Below, piece by piece: positions 9,147 to 19,439 of a DNA stretch of 34,489 nt. Each line of letters begins with the position of its first letter. The stretch's first letter is position 1. Under the pieces are notes generated by a model. That model worked only from the letters and a program-made list of their open reading frames with translations, made no database searches and was not told the DNA's origin. A program made the translations under genes and the position numbers. Origin of the DNA: a virus (Duplodnaviria; Heunggongvirae; Uroviricota; Caudoviricetes); IMG/VR virus record IMGVR_UViG_2671180921_000023, positions 1 through 34,489 of that record. One strand, written 5' to 3'.

Positions 9147-10852
9147 TATGCAAGCCTCACAATATAGTTAAATGCGATGTTTTTGACGGTGTTTTCCGCG
9201 TTGCCATAAGCGGCAATGGTAATGGTGTGTGTGTGCGAACCAATAGCGAGCGTATGTGCATGCGCACCTATTGCTACTGTGTGAGCATGAGCTCCTGCGC
9301 TTAATACGCGATTACTTGCTGTCTTGCTTGTGTTAGTTGCATGCATTCCACCACCGGTACCGGGAGTTTCTGCGTATGCTGAAGTATTGTTGTAAGCAAA
9401 GTTGTGTGTATGTGCTCCGGTGTTATTTGTGGATTTAGTACCGTAATCAAACGATGACGTGGTTTTCGTTCCCAAATCCGTACTGGATGCGCTGGCGCTG
9501 TGGGTATGCGATTTAATGCCATCCTGTTCCTGAGACAATACGGCACGACCACTGGCGGGCTTGCCCTTAATCGTCCAGCCACGCATATCAGGGATCACGC
9601 CTGACGGATAAGCGACTGCAAGTTTCGGGTAGGCAGATTTGTCAAAAGTCTGCCCCTGCATCAGGGCATAACCAGACGGAACGGTATCCGATGGCCACGG
9701 GATTGGTGCGCCAGGCGGATAAAACTGCTCTGATGGCGTATAGAGTGAATAAACTGTACCGTCCGTTAACCCTTCCGGCTTATTAGCAGAATATGCTGGT
9801 GACGTATGAATCGTTACGCTGGCATTACTGGTATAATCCCATTGAATATTTACACCAGTCGCATAATTTCCGATTGCAACGTAAATATCGTAAGTATCAC
9901 CAGATGTATTGACCCAGGCAAAATTTGTAAACCCTGTCGATGTGCGCTGCCATAAAGCACCAGTAATCCCCTTCGGATTACCATTACCTGCACGCAAAAC
10001 AAGTTCAGATATACCTGCCTGTTGAGGTGAACCGACGTTATATCCAGCCCCACCAATCAACGTAATTGAAACAACAGAACTCTCCTGTGGCATGGTTACC
10101 GTTGCTAATTTGAACCAACCAGCACCACCGCTGAATGACATTGTTGTTGAGTTAAGCGTACCAATATCTTTCGGCGTCAGTGTTATATCCGCTGAAAGCG
10201 CCTTACCATTCACCTTACGGGCAGAAGGTACCCGACCATTCGCATTGTCATTAGCTGCTTTCACTGCTTTCGGCGTTGCAGCCTGCGTTTCAGACACGCT
10301 GTTAGTGTCGCTACTGAGTTGAACAAAGCCTTTTGCGGTCAGCGAGGCGTCCGGGTGACGGCGGGACTGCTCGTGCTCTGCAAGTTTGTCATCCACATAG
10401 TCCTGCGTTGCCATAATGGTTGTGCTGTCCACTGACAGGCTTATGGCATTAACGTCACTGATGATAATAATCATGCGACAGGTCATGGCGCGCCCGGAGC
10501 CTTCCGTGAGCAGGGGCTTGTAGCTTTCCGCCATGCTGGCCACCGCAATCAGGCTACCGGTACTGTCATACAGTCCCAGCTCACGCATCCAGAAGCCGCC
10601 GACTTCCGGCGGAATAACCAGTTCCGCAATCACCTGATTCGGCGCTTTGCTGTTCTGTGTAATTTTATTCAGCGTCCCGCGCCAGACTTCATGGATCAGG
10701 GCGGTCTGTGAGGCTGATGGTTCCGGGAGATTTCCATTACCATCTCCCACGGCCATATGTGTGATGCTGACTTTCTGCCCCGATGTTGTGGTGGCGGCGG
10801 CCAGTTTTGCCGCACCGGCAGTGGTGATCACAGTTTTAAATCTGATGCTCAT
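9146..10852 (-). CDS. H: Tail fibre protein gpH
   Basis: 568 aa; conserved N-terminal fibre attachment region, Ser/Thr/Gly-rich shaft, C-terminal HxH repeats ([25 protein letters not shown]). Confidence 0.85.
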   Translation of the reverse strand: MSIRFKTVITTAGAAKLAAATTTSGQKVSITHMAVGDGNGNLPEPSASQTALIHEVWRGTLNKITQNSKAPNQVIAELVIPPEVGGFWMRELGLYDSTGSLIAVASMAESYKPLLTEGSGRAMTCRMIIIISDVNAISLSVDSTTIMATQDYVDDKLAEHEQSRRHPDASLTAKGFVQLSSDTNSVSETQAATPKAVKAANDNANGRVPSARKVNGKALSADITLTPKDIGTLNSTTMSFSGGAGWFKLATVTMPQESSVVSITLIGGAGYNVGSPQQAGISELVLRAGNGNPKGITGALWQRTSTGFTNFAWVNTSGDTYDIYVAIGNYATGVNIQWDYTSNASVTIHTSPAYSANKPEGLTDGTVYSLYTPSEQFYPPGAPIPWPSDTVPSGYALMQGQTFDKSAYPKLAVAYPSGVIPDMRGWTIKGKPASGRAVLSQEQDGIKSHTHSASASSTDLGTKTTSSFDYGTKSTNNTGAHTHNFAYNNTSAYAETPGTGGGMHATNTSKTASNRVLSAGAHAHTVAIGAHAHTLAIGSHTHTITIAAYGNAENTVKNIAFNYIVRLA

Positions 10853-10858
10853 ACTGTC

Positions 10859-11392
10859 TTATTCCTGCGGATAAATCGTAATAACGTCACCGTCATACAC
10901 AACGCCGCCGGTATACAGGTATCCCTGAATATCCTGCATGATATTCAGGCCAACCAGATGACGGCTCACCGGGCGGGCATCGGCAATGAGTCTTTCCATT
11001 TCGGAGTACATTTCCTCTGTGATCCCCACATCCAGTACACCGATGTCCAGCCGGAAAGTCCCTGGCGTATCGCCGGTTTCCCACCATTCCGTCACGTTAA
11101 TGACATAGCCAAAGGGTTCAACCACACGCCTGATGGCGCTGATGGTTCCCTTATGGCGGTGGATTGCCCGGGCATCACGGATCACCTGGCGCTTTGTTTC
11201 TTCCGTCCAGTCACGATCCCACCTGTCCACGGACAGCGCCCACGCCAGATAAGGCAGCAGGGCCACCGGGCAGGTGTCAGGATCCCAGAGCTGGTTAAGG
11301 CTGACAGGTAATGCTGACAGCCGGGCCGTTCCCCGTTCCACGCAGCGCATGAAATCGCTGGCTGAAGGGGGGAGCAGTGACGGTTCACTCAT
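10859..11392 (-). CDS. I: Baseplate/tail protein gpI
   Basis: P2 gpI-like; start chosen at MSEPSLL (11392), overlapping the J 3' end by 8 nt. The ORF-track start at 11455 is less likely. Confidence 0.8.
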   Translation of the reverse strand: MSEPSLLPPSASDFMRCVERGTARLSALPVSLNQLWDPDTCPVALLPYLAWALSVDRWDRDWTEETKRQVIRDARAIHRHKGTISAIRRVVEPFGYVINVTEWWETGDTPGTFRLDIGVLDVGITEEMYSEMERLIADARPVSRHLVGLNIMQDIQGYLYTGGVVYDGDVITIYPQE

Positions 11393-12281
11393 TGGTTCCC
11401 CCTGCGCTGACCGTGAACGATGTGCAGTACGCTGACTGCACATCGCTGATAACAATATTCTGTGCGGGACTGGTCAGTTCCACGCGCTGAACGCCCTGAA
11501 CATGCAGCGCGGCCATGATGGCGGAGAGCGCCACATCGCGACCGATTTTGCCCTGTTCAGCAAGCCAGGCTTTCAGGTTATTTCTGGCAGCATTCAGGAT
11601 GGGTTCCGACTCCGGCCCCGGATAAAAGTAAAGCCGGGCATCAATCTGATACCGGATGATTTCTGCGCTCTGCACCGTCAGGCGGTCACCGACCGGGCGA
11701 ACGTCTTCGGCATTCAGCGCATTTCTGACCGTCGTCAGGAGTGCTTCGGTCGCCGTACCGTCGCCTTCCGTGGACAGCACCGCCACCACCACTTCCGCCG
11801 GTGCGGGGCTGGTAGCGCGTGCGTCCGCCACCTGACCGCTGGCACTGCGGGCAAAATATTCATACGCCCCGGTGGGACCGGCCACGCTGAGGCCATCAAA
11901 TGCAGACTGCGCACGCAGCCGCAGGGCTGTGTCGCTTTCCATGACGGCCTCCGCGGTGTCCGTGGCAGGTGTGATGACCAGTCGCGCGGTGTTCATGTTG
12001 GCGGCGAGGTTATCCAGGTCGTCACCTGTGGAATGGCTCAGCATACAGGCCGCCGCCCCTTCATTAATTCGCTGGCGAAGCAGCAACTCACGCAGTGCAA
12101 ATGCCTGAGCGATGACCGTGAGCGGTTCGGACTCCAGCGCCATGGCTGACCGGACGGCAGCCTGCTGTGTCTGTGGAAATGACGTAATGATGTCTTCTTT
12201 TACCTCCGCCAGGATGACTTCAAAATCCGGCGTTTCAATAATCTGTGGTGTCGGCAGTTCCGACAGGTCAACGGCTGGCAT
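11385..12281 (-). CDS. J: Baseplate assembly protein gpJ
   Basis: 298 aa, P2 gpJ-like N-terminus (MPAVDLSELPTPQIIE); overlaps the W stop. Confidence 0.85.
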   Translation of the reverse strand: MPAVDLSELPTPQIIETPDFEVILAEVKEDIITSFPQTQQAAVRSAMALESEPLTVIAQAFALRELLLRQRINEGAAACMLSHSTGDDLDNLAANMNTARLVITPATDTAEAVMESDTALRLRAQSAFDGLSVAGPTGAYEYFARSASGQVADARATSPAPAEVVVAVLSTEGDGTATEALLTTVRNALNAEDVRPVGDRLTVQSAEIIRYQIDARLYFYPGPESEPILNAARNNLKAWLAEQGKIGRDVALSAIMAALHVQGVQRVELTSPAQNIVISDVQSAYCTSFTVSAGGTNE

Positions 12282-12633
12282 TGTCGCTCCTGAGTGTCAG
12301 TGTGTTCTGTACGGTTTCCAGGCTTTCTGTCAGTGTGCCGGTGAGGGTGATAACGGCTTTTCCGCCCGCCTCCCACTGAATGTCAACGGCATTCAGGGCG
12401 ATGCGTGGCTCCCACTGTGTCAGGGCAATCACCACGGCACTCATGCACTGAAGGCGGGTTGTGGCATTCATCGGTGCATCCAGCAAATCCGGCAGCAGGC
12501 TGCCGTATTCCCGGCGCATCACCCGGCTGGCGAGCGGTGTCAGCAGAATATCCCTCACGCTGTTCCACAGATGGTCCGTATCGCTGAGCGTGCCGGTGGC
12601 CTCGGGGTTCATCCCCAGAAAACGTGCACTCAC
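12268..12633 (-). CDS. W: Baseplate wedge protein gpW (GPW/gp25 family)
   Basis: 121 aa with the conserved SRVMRREYGSLLPDLLD motif. Confidence 0.85.
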   Translation of the reverse strand: MSARFLGMNPEATGTLSDTDHLWNSVRDILLTPLASRVMRREYGSLLPDLLDAPMNATTRLQCMSAVVIALTQWEPRIALNAVDIQWEAGGKAVITLTGTLTESLETVQNTLTLRSDNASR

Positions 12634-13211
12634 TGCGGGCCTCCTGTGGTGTCGCCGCCGCTCTTCACGCCACTGTGTTTGTGCGTGTGCAGCGTCACAC
12701 CGTTGGAGGTGAAATCACCGCCGCTGTGCGAGATATTGCCACTCAGGGTTCCGCCTTCTGTCACCTCAAACGTTGCCGCTTTCAGATGGTTTGTGCAGGT
12801 GACGGTGGGGGTGTCCAGCGTCACGCCCGTTCCGGCCTGAATGGTGGCTGTTCTGATTCCGCTGGCGCTCAGCGCGCCTGCGTCCGCATCGTAGCGGAAC
12901 ACCGCGCCGTCAGGCGCTGTGACCACGATTTCCGTCAGGCTGCTACCGGGCGCAGGATGTTCGCTGCTCCAGAGACTGCCGATGACGGTGGCGGTTGCGG
13001 GGTCGCCATTGATACAGGCAATCATGACCTGTTCGCCCACGGCAGGCGGCAGCCATATGCTGAACGCGCCCGCGCGTGGTGTGTTCCAGCGCAGCCAGTC
13101 GGTTTCCAGCTCTCCGCTGCGCACACGAACGCGCCACGTGGTTTCGTCTACGGCAAAAATCACGCCCGTGCGGATGATGTTTGCAAGCAGTCGCATGATT
13201 TCCGCTGTCAT
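12630..13211 (-). CDS. V: Baseplate spike protein gpV
   Basis: 193 aa, P2 gpV-like (TDWLRW, Gly-rich C-terminus); start coupled to the S stop. Confidence 0.85.
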   Translation of the reverse strand: MTAEIMRLLANIIRTGVIFAVDETTWRVRVRSGELETDWLRWNTPRAGAFSIWLPPAVGEQVMIACINGDPATATVIGSLWSSEHPAPGSSLTEIVVTAPDGAVFRYDADAGALSASGIRTATIQAGTGVTLDTPTVTCTNHLKAATFEVTEGGTLSGNISHSGGDFTSNGVTLHTHKHSGVKSGGDTTGGPQ

Positions 13212-13846
13212 CGTGCCGCACTCCTCAGGGAGCGGATAATCGTGTCATGTACCAGGCGTTCGTCGGCTGCCGTGATACCCAGCAGTTCACGCACCGGGTA
13301 GGTGGTCATCACGCCCGGAGCCACCTCGTCGCGTAACCCTGCCTGATGCACGCGGGCAATCCGTGCCGCCAGGCCATCGAAGCCCACAACAGCGCCTTCC
13401 GCATCTGAGCGCATTTTTAACCAGCGGTATGTGCGAAGACGCGCGAACATCGGCGTGTTTTTTTTGCTGGTCTGGCGGGCAGACATGGACGATACCGCGA
13501 TGTATCGCTCAATATCATCACGGTAAAACGTCCTCAGCGCGCCGCCACGGTCAGGGTCGCGCCCGATAATGGCGCGGCCTTTCCGGTAACGCTTGTGTCC
13601 CCACTGGCGCAGCGTGCGGACCTCGCCGTTCCACACAAATTTCACTTCACGACGGGTGTGCATCACCTGCCGTTTTCGTGCCGGATACGGCGAGCCGTCT
13701 GCGTTCTTCTGTGCGCGGATGCGCGCCTGCTGGCTCCGGCGCAGCGCCTGCCCGACAGCCCGCGCCGTGCGTGCCCGTCCGGCGGCGGAAAGCCCGCTCA
13801 GGATGTCGCGAAAAACCGTGTCCGTTTCATGCGTCGTCGTGTTCAT
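13208..13846 (-). CDS. S: Virion morphogenesis / tail completion protein gpS-like
   Basis: 212 aa, basic, sits between R and V as in P2; overlaps R by 20 nt. Confidence 0.7.
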   Translation of the reverse strand: MNTTTHETDTVFRDILSGLSAAGRARTARAVGQALRRSQQARIRAQKNADGSPYPARKRQVMHTRREVKFVWNGEVRTLRQWGHKRYRKGRAIIGRDPDRGGALRTFYRDDIERYIAVSSMSARQTSKKNTPMFARLRTYRWLKMRSDAEGAVVGFDGLAARIARVHQAGLRDEVAPGVMTTYPVRELLGITAADERLVHDTIIRSLRSAAR

Positions 13847-14309
13847 CCGTCAAATCCTTAAAGGTCACATCCTCAACAATCAGCTCCCCCCATGTGCCCG
13901 TCAGTGCGGCAGGCGGGCGGGGTTCCGGCAGGTGCACCGGATACAGTTCACCCCGTTCATTGCGGCAGACTTTCACGCGCTCGCGCACGGGAATTTCCAG
14001 TAACAGGTCGGTGCTGTCGTCGTCATTGACGGCAACGGAAAACTTAACGTCCTTGTTTTTCTCCGGGTTGAGCAGCAAATCCGGCTGGTTGTGCATGAGC
14101 CAGACAATCAGCGGCAGCATCAGCTCGTCGATGTGTCCCGGAAAATCCATGACGAAGGCCACGAGTGTGTAACGGTAGACAAACGTCGGGGTTTCACCGG
14201 TGGTCTCAATATTTCCGCTTTCTGCAAACACGGTGAGTTTTTCCGGATTCGCGCGACACCACCGGGATGAGGCGGTGAGGGCTTCGCGCAGACGGTTCAT
14301 TTTCAGCAT
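13827..14309 (-). CDS. R: Tail completion protein gpR-like
   Basis: 160 aa, immediately downstream of the lysis cassette as in P2. Confidence 0.7.
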   Translation of the reverse strand: MLKMNRLREALTASSRWCRANPEKLTVFAESGNIETTGETPTFVYRYTLVAFVMDFPGHIDELMLPLIVWLMHNQPDLLLNPEKNKDVKFSVAVNDDDSTDLLLEIPVRERVKVCRNERGELYPVHLPEPRPPAALTGTWGELIVEDVTFKDLTDEHDDA

Positions 14310-14318
14310 GACTTCTCC

Positions 14319-14612
14319 TTACGGTCGCATCCGGCGTTGTTGTTCGGTTGCTTTAATGGCTGCCTTGTCGGTGTTGCAGCTCTCCAGCGCGTCCAGCAGC
14401 CGGTCACTCCAGACGGCCAGTCCGCCCCACGTCAGCGGGCGGGGCAGGGAGGGGACCGGCGTTGGCTGTGTCAGACTTTCCGGCAGCGGTGCGTGCTGCG
14501 TCTGAGTGACCACGACGGGCCGCGGCGCGCTGTTGCAGGCGGTCAGCAACAGCGGCAGGCACAGCAGCAGCCGCGCACGGATTTTCCCGGAGTGCGTTGC
14601 GTATCTCTTCAC
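14319..14612 (-). CDS. lysC: LysC / Rz1-like outer membrane lipoprotein spanin, embedded in a second frame within lysB
   Basis: GTG start with AAGGAG RBS; lipobox LLLTAC; proline-rich mature region; extends past the lysB stop. Not in the ORF track as an ATG ORF. Confidence 0.6.
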   Translation of the reverse strand: MKRYATHSGKIRARLLLCLPLLLTACNSAPRPVVVTQTQHAPLPESLTQPTPVPSLPRPLTWGGLAVWSDRLLDALESCNTDKAAIKATEQQRRMRP

Positions 14613-14850
14613 GGCGTTTTTCTCCTTCCTGATTCCGGTGCTGCTCTGCGGCGCGGACCTGCGCCAGCAGGCCGCTGATGCCCCGGAGTTCTGCATGAAG
14701 TGCATCCACGGCGGCATTCGTTCCCGCCAGCGCCTGTTCGTGATATTCACGACGTGCCCGTTCATGCCCTGCCTGCCAGGCCAGACGCAGCGACACCAGA
14801 TACAGCGCCCCTGAAAACAGGGCGACAACGGCGGCGGTGGTCAGTCTCAT
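14404..14850 (-). CDS. lysB: LysB / Rz-like inner membrane spanin
   Basis: N-terminal TM segment (LTTAAVVALFSGALYLVSL) followed by a coiled-coil, charged periplasmic domain. Start at ATG 14850 overlaps the endolysin stop. Confidence 0.65.
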   Translation of the reverse strand: MRLTTAAVVALFSGALYLVSLRLAWQAGHERARREYHEQALAGTNAAVDALHAELRGISGLLAQVRAAEQHRNQEGEKRREEIRNALRENPCAAAAVPAAVADRLQQRAAARRGHSDAARTAAGKSDTANAGPLPAPPADVGRTGRLE

Positions 14851-15389
14851 TTCTGTTTCTCCACATCCCGCAGACACCAGGCGCGAAAATCGCTGCGGCG
14901 GTTAACCAGTCCCTGACTGCGCTTCCCACCCGCATTCACAAAATCCGTGAGGCGGGCACACATCAGTGCCCAGTTATGCGCCTGTGCCTGTTTCCAGATG
15001 GTGGTGCGCTGGCGATTTCCGTTGCGGTCCTTAAACCACATCAGGCCGGAACAGCCCAGATTGAAGGCCGCATCCGTCATCGCCTCGAAGGCCGACTGCG
15101 GCATGGCTGCCCCCTGAAAATTCTGGTTAATACAGTTTTCAGCCCGCTGCATGTCATTCACCCAGCGACGGGTCACCTCCTGCTCGCTGTACAGGTGTTT
15201 CTGTACGTTTCCCGTGGAGCCGCAGCCCACGGTGGCAACACCCGCGATGTCCGTGTAGGGTGTGGCGCGGCAGTCTTCCCACGTGGCAATTTTTATCTGT
15301 GCCTCCTGTGAGGTGCGCAGTGCTTCTGGAGCCAGCGAGACACCCAGCGCCACAATCACGGCGGCGGCATATCGCTTAATGTTTTTCAT
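14847..15389 (-). CDS. Endolysin, T4-type (GH24) lysozyme with N-terminal signal or signal-anchor-release segment
   Basis: Catalytic region WEDCRATPYTDIAGVATVGCGSTG (Glu/Asp/Thr-type) preceded by hydrophobic AAAVIVALGVSLA. Start chosen at MKNIKRY (15389). Confidence 0.8.
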   Translation of the reverse strand: MKNIKRYAAAVIVALGVSLAPEALRTSQEAQIKIATWEDCRATPYTDIAGVATVGCGSTGNVQKHLYSEQEVTRRWVNDMQRAENCINQNFQGAAMPQSAFEAMTDAAFNLGCSGLMWFKDRNGNRQRTTIWKQAQAHNWALMCARLTDFVNAGGKRSQGLVNRRSDFRAWCLRDVEKQK

Positions 15390-15669
15390 CGTTATCCCGT
15401 TGCAGTGCGGCAAGCGCCCGTTGTTCACTTTCATGAAGCCCGCGCGTTCCGGCCTGCGCCAGAATCTGTGCAATCAGCGCATTGCGGCGTACCTGTGCAC
15501 GCTCCATGCGGCGGCGGTGAAGCCAGCCCTGAAAGAGTGAAAGCGCACCCAGCAGCAGCCCGGCCAGTGCGATTTTTTCGCTGATGGTCATCGCGCCAAT
15601 CGTGACCGCAGAGACGGAGGCGGCGAAGGCGATGTGGTCGTAAATACTGCGAAAAAAACCTAATCCCAT
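15376..15669 (-). CDS. Putative holin
   Basis: Small protein with two hydrophobic segments and a charged C-terminal tail, between gpX and the endolysin. Start ambiguous (15669 or 15591). Confidence 0.55.
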   Translation of the reverse strand: MGLGFFRSIYDHIAFAASVSAVTIGAMTISEKIALAGLLLGALSLFQGWLHRRRMERAQVRRNALIAQILAQAGTRGLHESEQRALAALQRDNDEKH

Positions 15670-15860
15670 AACTGCACCGTCTCCCGTGTTTTTTTCTCTT
15701 CCTGCTCCGGTAATTCCACTTCCTGTCCGGCTTCCAGAAAAATCTGTCCGCACAGCCCCGGATTGGCGGTCAGCACCTTTTCAGTCACGCCCTGCGTTGT
15801 GCCGTAGTGCCGGAAGCACAGCAGGTCAACGGTGTCGCCCTGTAATGCCTTCACCTTCAT
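15660..15860 (-). CDS. X: Tail protein gpX
   Basis: 66 aa MKVKALQGDTVDLLCFRHYG..., P2 gpX-like; ATG overlaps the L stop. Confidence 0.8.
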   Translation of the reverse strand: MKVKALQGDTVDLLCFRHYGTTQGVTEKVLTANPGLCGQIFLEAGQEVELPEQEEKKTRETVQLWD

Positions 15861-16354
15861 CAGCACAGCCCCGCAAAGATGCGCGGTGCGCCCTGAATAT
15901 CGGCAATGGCCCAGCGCACGTCGCGCCAGAGGTCACCGGTCTGGGCTTCCAGTGCGTCCGCTTTCCGGTCGCCCTGTTCGGTGGTGTCCACATCGCGTAC
16001 GCGCTCCAGTATCAGGGCGCGGGTGGCGGCATACACCGCAAGGCGGAAGCGGTGCACGTTGACGCTTTCGCCGTTCACGCGGGAGGCCGGAACGTCCGCC
16101 AGCGTGCGGTATCCTTCATTCATCTGCTGCGTCTGCCAGTTGCGCAGCTCACCGGTGACGTGTGCCACGGCTTCGGTTGCCGCGTGCATCAGACGCGACG
16201 TGGTGGTGCGACCGGGCAGGCGAACGGCAAGGCGCAGCGCACGCAGTTCTGTCTCCGGCCAGAAGTCGTCCGTGGTGATGCGTGCATCACCGTCGTCCGT
16301 GTCCGCGACATCCTCCGTCGCGGCAGTGATGCCGGGTTTTGCAATCATGCTCAT
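15860..16354 (-). CDS. L: Head completion/stabilisation protein gpL
   Basis: 164 aa, P2 gpL-like, position after M. Confidence 0.8.
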   Translation of the reverse strand: MSMIAKPGITAATEDVADTDDGDARITTDDFWPETELRALRLAVRLPGRTTTSRLMHAATEAVAHVTGELRNWQTQQMNEGYRTLADVPASRVNGESVNVHRFRLAVYAATRALILERVRDVDTTEQGDRKADALEAQTGDLWRDVRWAIADIQGAPRIFAGLC

Positions 16355-16477
16355 GACGAGCCTCCGTTAAAAAGTCAGGCGGTGGGCGAACGGTCAGAAG
16401 GTCGCGGAGTTAAAAACCAGGTGACCGTCCGCGCCGCCTGTCGCCGGGGCGAAGTCGTTATGTGTGAAAGCTGAATT

Positions 16478-17290
16478 TCACGCGGATTTTTTGCTTTTCC
16501 GTGTGGCAGTGGCTTTTGCGGCGCTCTTTTTGCCTGCCTTTTTCGTCACGGTTTTCGTGGTGGCGGTTTTCGCGGTGCTTTTGTTTTCCGCGTTGTTCTC
16601 CCCGCCATCACTGCTGGTCAGCTTTTTCACCGCGCGGGACAGCGTGGCAATCTCGCGCTTCACGCCCGCGTTCGGGTTCAGGTGCATCGCTTCGCGCAGA
16701 AGTTTCAGCGACAGGGTCACACTGTCTGCATCTGTCAGAGCACGACGGGAAAACGCGCGCGCCTTGCAGAGTTTGGCGCGAACCTCGTCCGGCATGTCCC
16801 GACCGGCGACAATTTCCTGTAGCGTGTCCAGCGGGGCGATGTATCCGGACAAATCCGCGTCCTGGTCCGTGCCTGCCAGCGTCAGCACCGGGTTACAGAT
16901 TTCCTCTGTCAGCAGCGTGGCGGCATCGCGCCCGAAGCTGTCCGGTGTGCTGAGGTTATGGCGCACCACGTACTCACCGATACGCAGCGCCAGCGGCAAA
17001 TCACCACAGTCAACGGCCCAGACCATGAGGGTGACAATCACCTCATCCTGGCGTCCGCTGTCGCTCTCCAGCATGCCGTCAATCCAGCCGGAAAAATCCG
17101 GCAGCAGTGTCTTTTTCAGTTCCGCTTTCGCCGCCTTTGACTGAATGCCTTTCAGTCGTGCCTGTGCCAGTCGCAGGCGATGCAGGATTTGTTCGTGAGC
17201 CGTGCGCACTGTCTGTGACTGACTGTCATCGGTCAGTCCGGCGCGTTGTGCCATCGTGCGCTGAAAATGCGCCTGTGCCGGTGTCAGCAT
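16478..17290 (-). CDS. M: Terminase small (endonuclease) subunit gpM
   Basis: 270 aa, P2 gpM-like with a Lys/Ala/Thr-rich basic C-terminal tail. Confidence 0.85.
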   Translation of the reverse strand: MLTPAQAHFQRTMAQRAGLTDDSQSQTVRTAHEQILHRLRLAQARLKGIQSKAAKAELKKTLLPDFSGWIDGMLESDSGRQDEVIVTLMVWAVDCGDLPLALRIGEYVVRHNLSTPDSFGRDAATLLTEEICNPVLTLAGTDQDADLSGYIAPLDTLQEIVAGRDMPDEVRAKLCKARAFSRRALTDADSVTLSLKLLREAMHLNPNAGVKREIATLSRAVKKLTSSDGGENNAENKSTAKTATTKTVTKKAGKKSAAKATATRKSKKSA

Positions 17291-17339
17291 TGTTCTCTCC
17301 TCTTACGGGCGGTCAGCGCCTGCCCGTAGCTCAGATAAA

Positions 17340-18401
17340 TCAGTCTTCGTGATTACTTTCATCAGCCAGTTTCAGCCCCGTGATAAGGGCGCACTTGCCG
17401 AAGTCTTCCACCACCCAGGCATCGTTGGAGGACTGATAGGTTGCGATGCGGTTGTAGTCCGGCTCTTCGCGCATCAGGCGACGCAATGCCCCCACCTGGT
17501 AGTAGACGGACAGGTTGTCGAACGAGGTGATGAGCAGTGCATCTGCCGGGAAGAACGGCGCGAGATATACCGGCAGACCACCAATCAGGCGGGAGGAGGT
17601 AATCAACTGACCGGCCATCAGTTCCGTGTTCGGCGCGGCGGCACTCATGGCGTTAATGAGCGGCAGGCGCAGCGTGTTGAACAGGTCGCGTCCCATCATC
17701 ACCACAAGGTCGGATGAATCCTTGTACCACTCGTCCAGCAGGGATGAGCGCGCATCCTGTACCAGCGCGTCCGGGTTGTTGTACTTGCCTTTGTGGGTGA
17801 CGGCGTTGTTCATATCGCGTGCCGTAATGGTGACATCAGACATCACGCGCTGGGCTGCATTCTGGCGGATGCTTTCCAGCCAGCCCACGGCGCAGTCCTG
17901 CAACAGCGGGTTACTGCTGCGGTCGGACTTCACGGCGCGGGACGTGCCGTTGAAACCAATCATGATGCGGTCAAGGGCGACACGGCGGGCAATCTGCGCA
18001 CTGACCCGTGCCTGAAAATCCGGGTGTGCGGACCACGCGTCCAGTTGCGCGTAGCTGATGAACGTGTCGTAGTTGATTTGCTCGCAGGCGTACTGGCGTG
18101 CCGTCAGCTCGTGGAGTGATGCCGGCTCGCGGCGCTCGCTTGTACTGGTGTTCACACTGGCGGACGGACCGTTGATGCCGATCAGGACTTTTTCGCCCTT
18201 CTGGTCGGTCACGCCGATGACGTTGATTCTTTGCAGCAGCTCGTCGCTCAGCTGAATGGCGTTTTCCATGCGCTGCTGCACGGCGGGCTGAACGTTAAAA
18301 CGCTGGGCAAGCGCAGCAGGAGAAACATTGTTCATGCCCGCCTGCTGCTGCATATACATCGCCAGGGCGCCACGGGTGGTGGATGAAAGAGTCAGGTTCA
18401 T
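17340..18401 (-). CDS. N: Major capsid protein gpN
   Basis: 353 aa, P2 gpN-like major capsid; AAGGA RBS. Confidence 0.9.
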   Translation of the reverse strand: MNLTLSSTTRGALAMYMQQQAGMNNVSPAALAQRFNVQPAVQQRMENAIQLSDELLQRINVIGVTDQKGEKVLIGINGPSASVNTSTSERREPASLHELTARQYACEQINYDTFISYAQLDAWSAHPDFQARVSAQIARRVALDRIMIGFNGTSRAVKSDRSSNPLLQDCAVGWLESIRQNAAQRVMSDVTITARDMNNAVTHKGKYNNPDALVQDARSSLLDEWYKDSSDLVVMMGRDLFNTLRLPLINAMSAAAPNTELMAGQLITSSRLIGGLPVYLAPFFPADALLITSFDNLSVYYQVGALRRLMREEPDYNRIATYQSSNDAWVVEDFGKCALITGLKLADESNHED

Positions 18402-18418
18402 GGTTAATTCCTTAATCC

Positions 18419-19288
18419 TCAGAAATCACAGGACTGATAAACAACACTGCCGCCGGTTGCACCAGTGCGGGCGGGTGTGTCCGCGCCCGTTGCGGAGAAG
18501 CGCTGATGCGGGTCGCCGTCCTGTGCCTGCAACTGTGTACGCAGCGTGGTCAGTTCGCGGGTCAGGCGGGTGACTTGTGCGCGGTCTTCGTCGCGCTGGC
18601 GTTCCTGTGCGTTGAAACGGTCAAGCAGGTCAGCGTGCGCAGAGGCCACGCGCTCAACGACATCACGCATCTGGCTGAACTGTTCGCTGTCCGTTTTACG
18701 CCCGCCGCTGATAAGGTTCATGACACGCGCGAACCACTGAACGCCTTCGTCGTTCTGGCGCTGGTTCAGGGCGATAATTTCAGCCTCAATGGCATCGGTG
18801 AACAGCGGCGGCTCGCACTGCTGATTGTTAAACGCCATCACCTGCGCGCGCTGTTGTGCGGCAAACTGCAGACGCTCAGTGCCAAGACTTGCCGGGGTGT
18901 CGGTCATCGCCAGTCCCTGAAGATACGGACCGCCCGTGATGAATGACTGCGGGTAAAGCTCGACGCTGGCATAAATCTTTTTGCCGTCATCCAGCAGTTT
19001 TTTCATGCGCTCAGTCGGTTCAATTTCAGCATACAGCGCCGTGCGCCCCGCCAGCGGCCCGTCAGTGATGTCCTCTGCGCTCAGTGCCACCACATCTCCC
19101 ATCGCCGCGAAGGCGCTGTCCGGATGCGGTGAAAGGATGTGTTCCACGTTCACACGTGCACCGTAGACGGACGGGTCATAACTGGCAGCAGCAGCTTTCA
19201 GCATATCGCCACAGATTTCGCGCCCGTCTGAGGTCGTACCGGAAACGGCCACGCGGAATTTTTTTCGTTCAGGTTTCTTGTCTGCCAT
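18419..19288 (-). CDS. O: Capsid scaffolding protein gpO
   Basis: Start at ATG 19288 (MADKKPERKK) with GAGGAGG RBS; the longer ORF to 19441 lacks an RBS. P2 gpO-like. Confidence 0.85.
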   Translation of the reverse strand: MADKKPERKKFRVAVSGTTSDGREICGDMLKAAAASYDPSVYGARVNVEHILSPHPDSAFAAMGDVVALSAEDITDGPLAGRTALYAEIEPTERMKKLLDDGKKIYASVELYPQSFITGGPYLQGLAMTDTPASLGTERLQFAAQQRAQVMAFNNQQCEPPLFTDAIEAEIIALNQRQNDEGVQWFARVMNLISGGRKTDSEQFSQMRDVVERVASAHADLLDRFNAQERQRDEDRAQVTRLTRELTTLRTQLQAQDGDPHQRFSATGADTPARTGATGGSVVYQSCDF

Positions 19289-19439
19289 ACGGCCTCCTCG
19301 AATATCGTTGTGCTCATGATGACGCGCCCTGTGGCCCGTGCTCAACGCGGTGGTGTTGTCGGAGCGTTGCGACAAAGTGCGGTGTGAATACAGGCGGGAC
19401 GTGCGCGTGTAGCCTGTATGGCAGGAGGTGACAGACGGC
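19289..19439. promoter_or_regulatory. Divergent late promoter region between O and P
   Basis: 151-bp gap between divergently transcribed capsid (O) and terminase (P) operons, as in P2. Confidence 0.5.

Noticed and set aside
14850-15389. An expected lysA-like antiholin gene between the endolysin and lysB
   Set aside because: The endolysin stop and lysB start are adjacent or overlapping, leaving no room; no candidate ORF is present.
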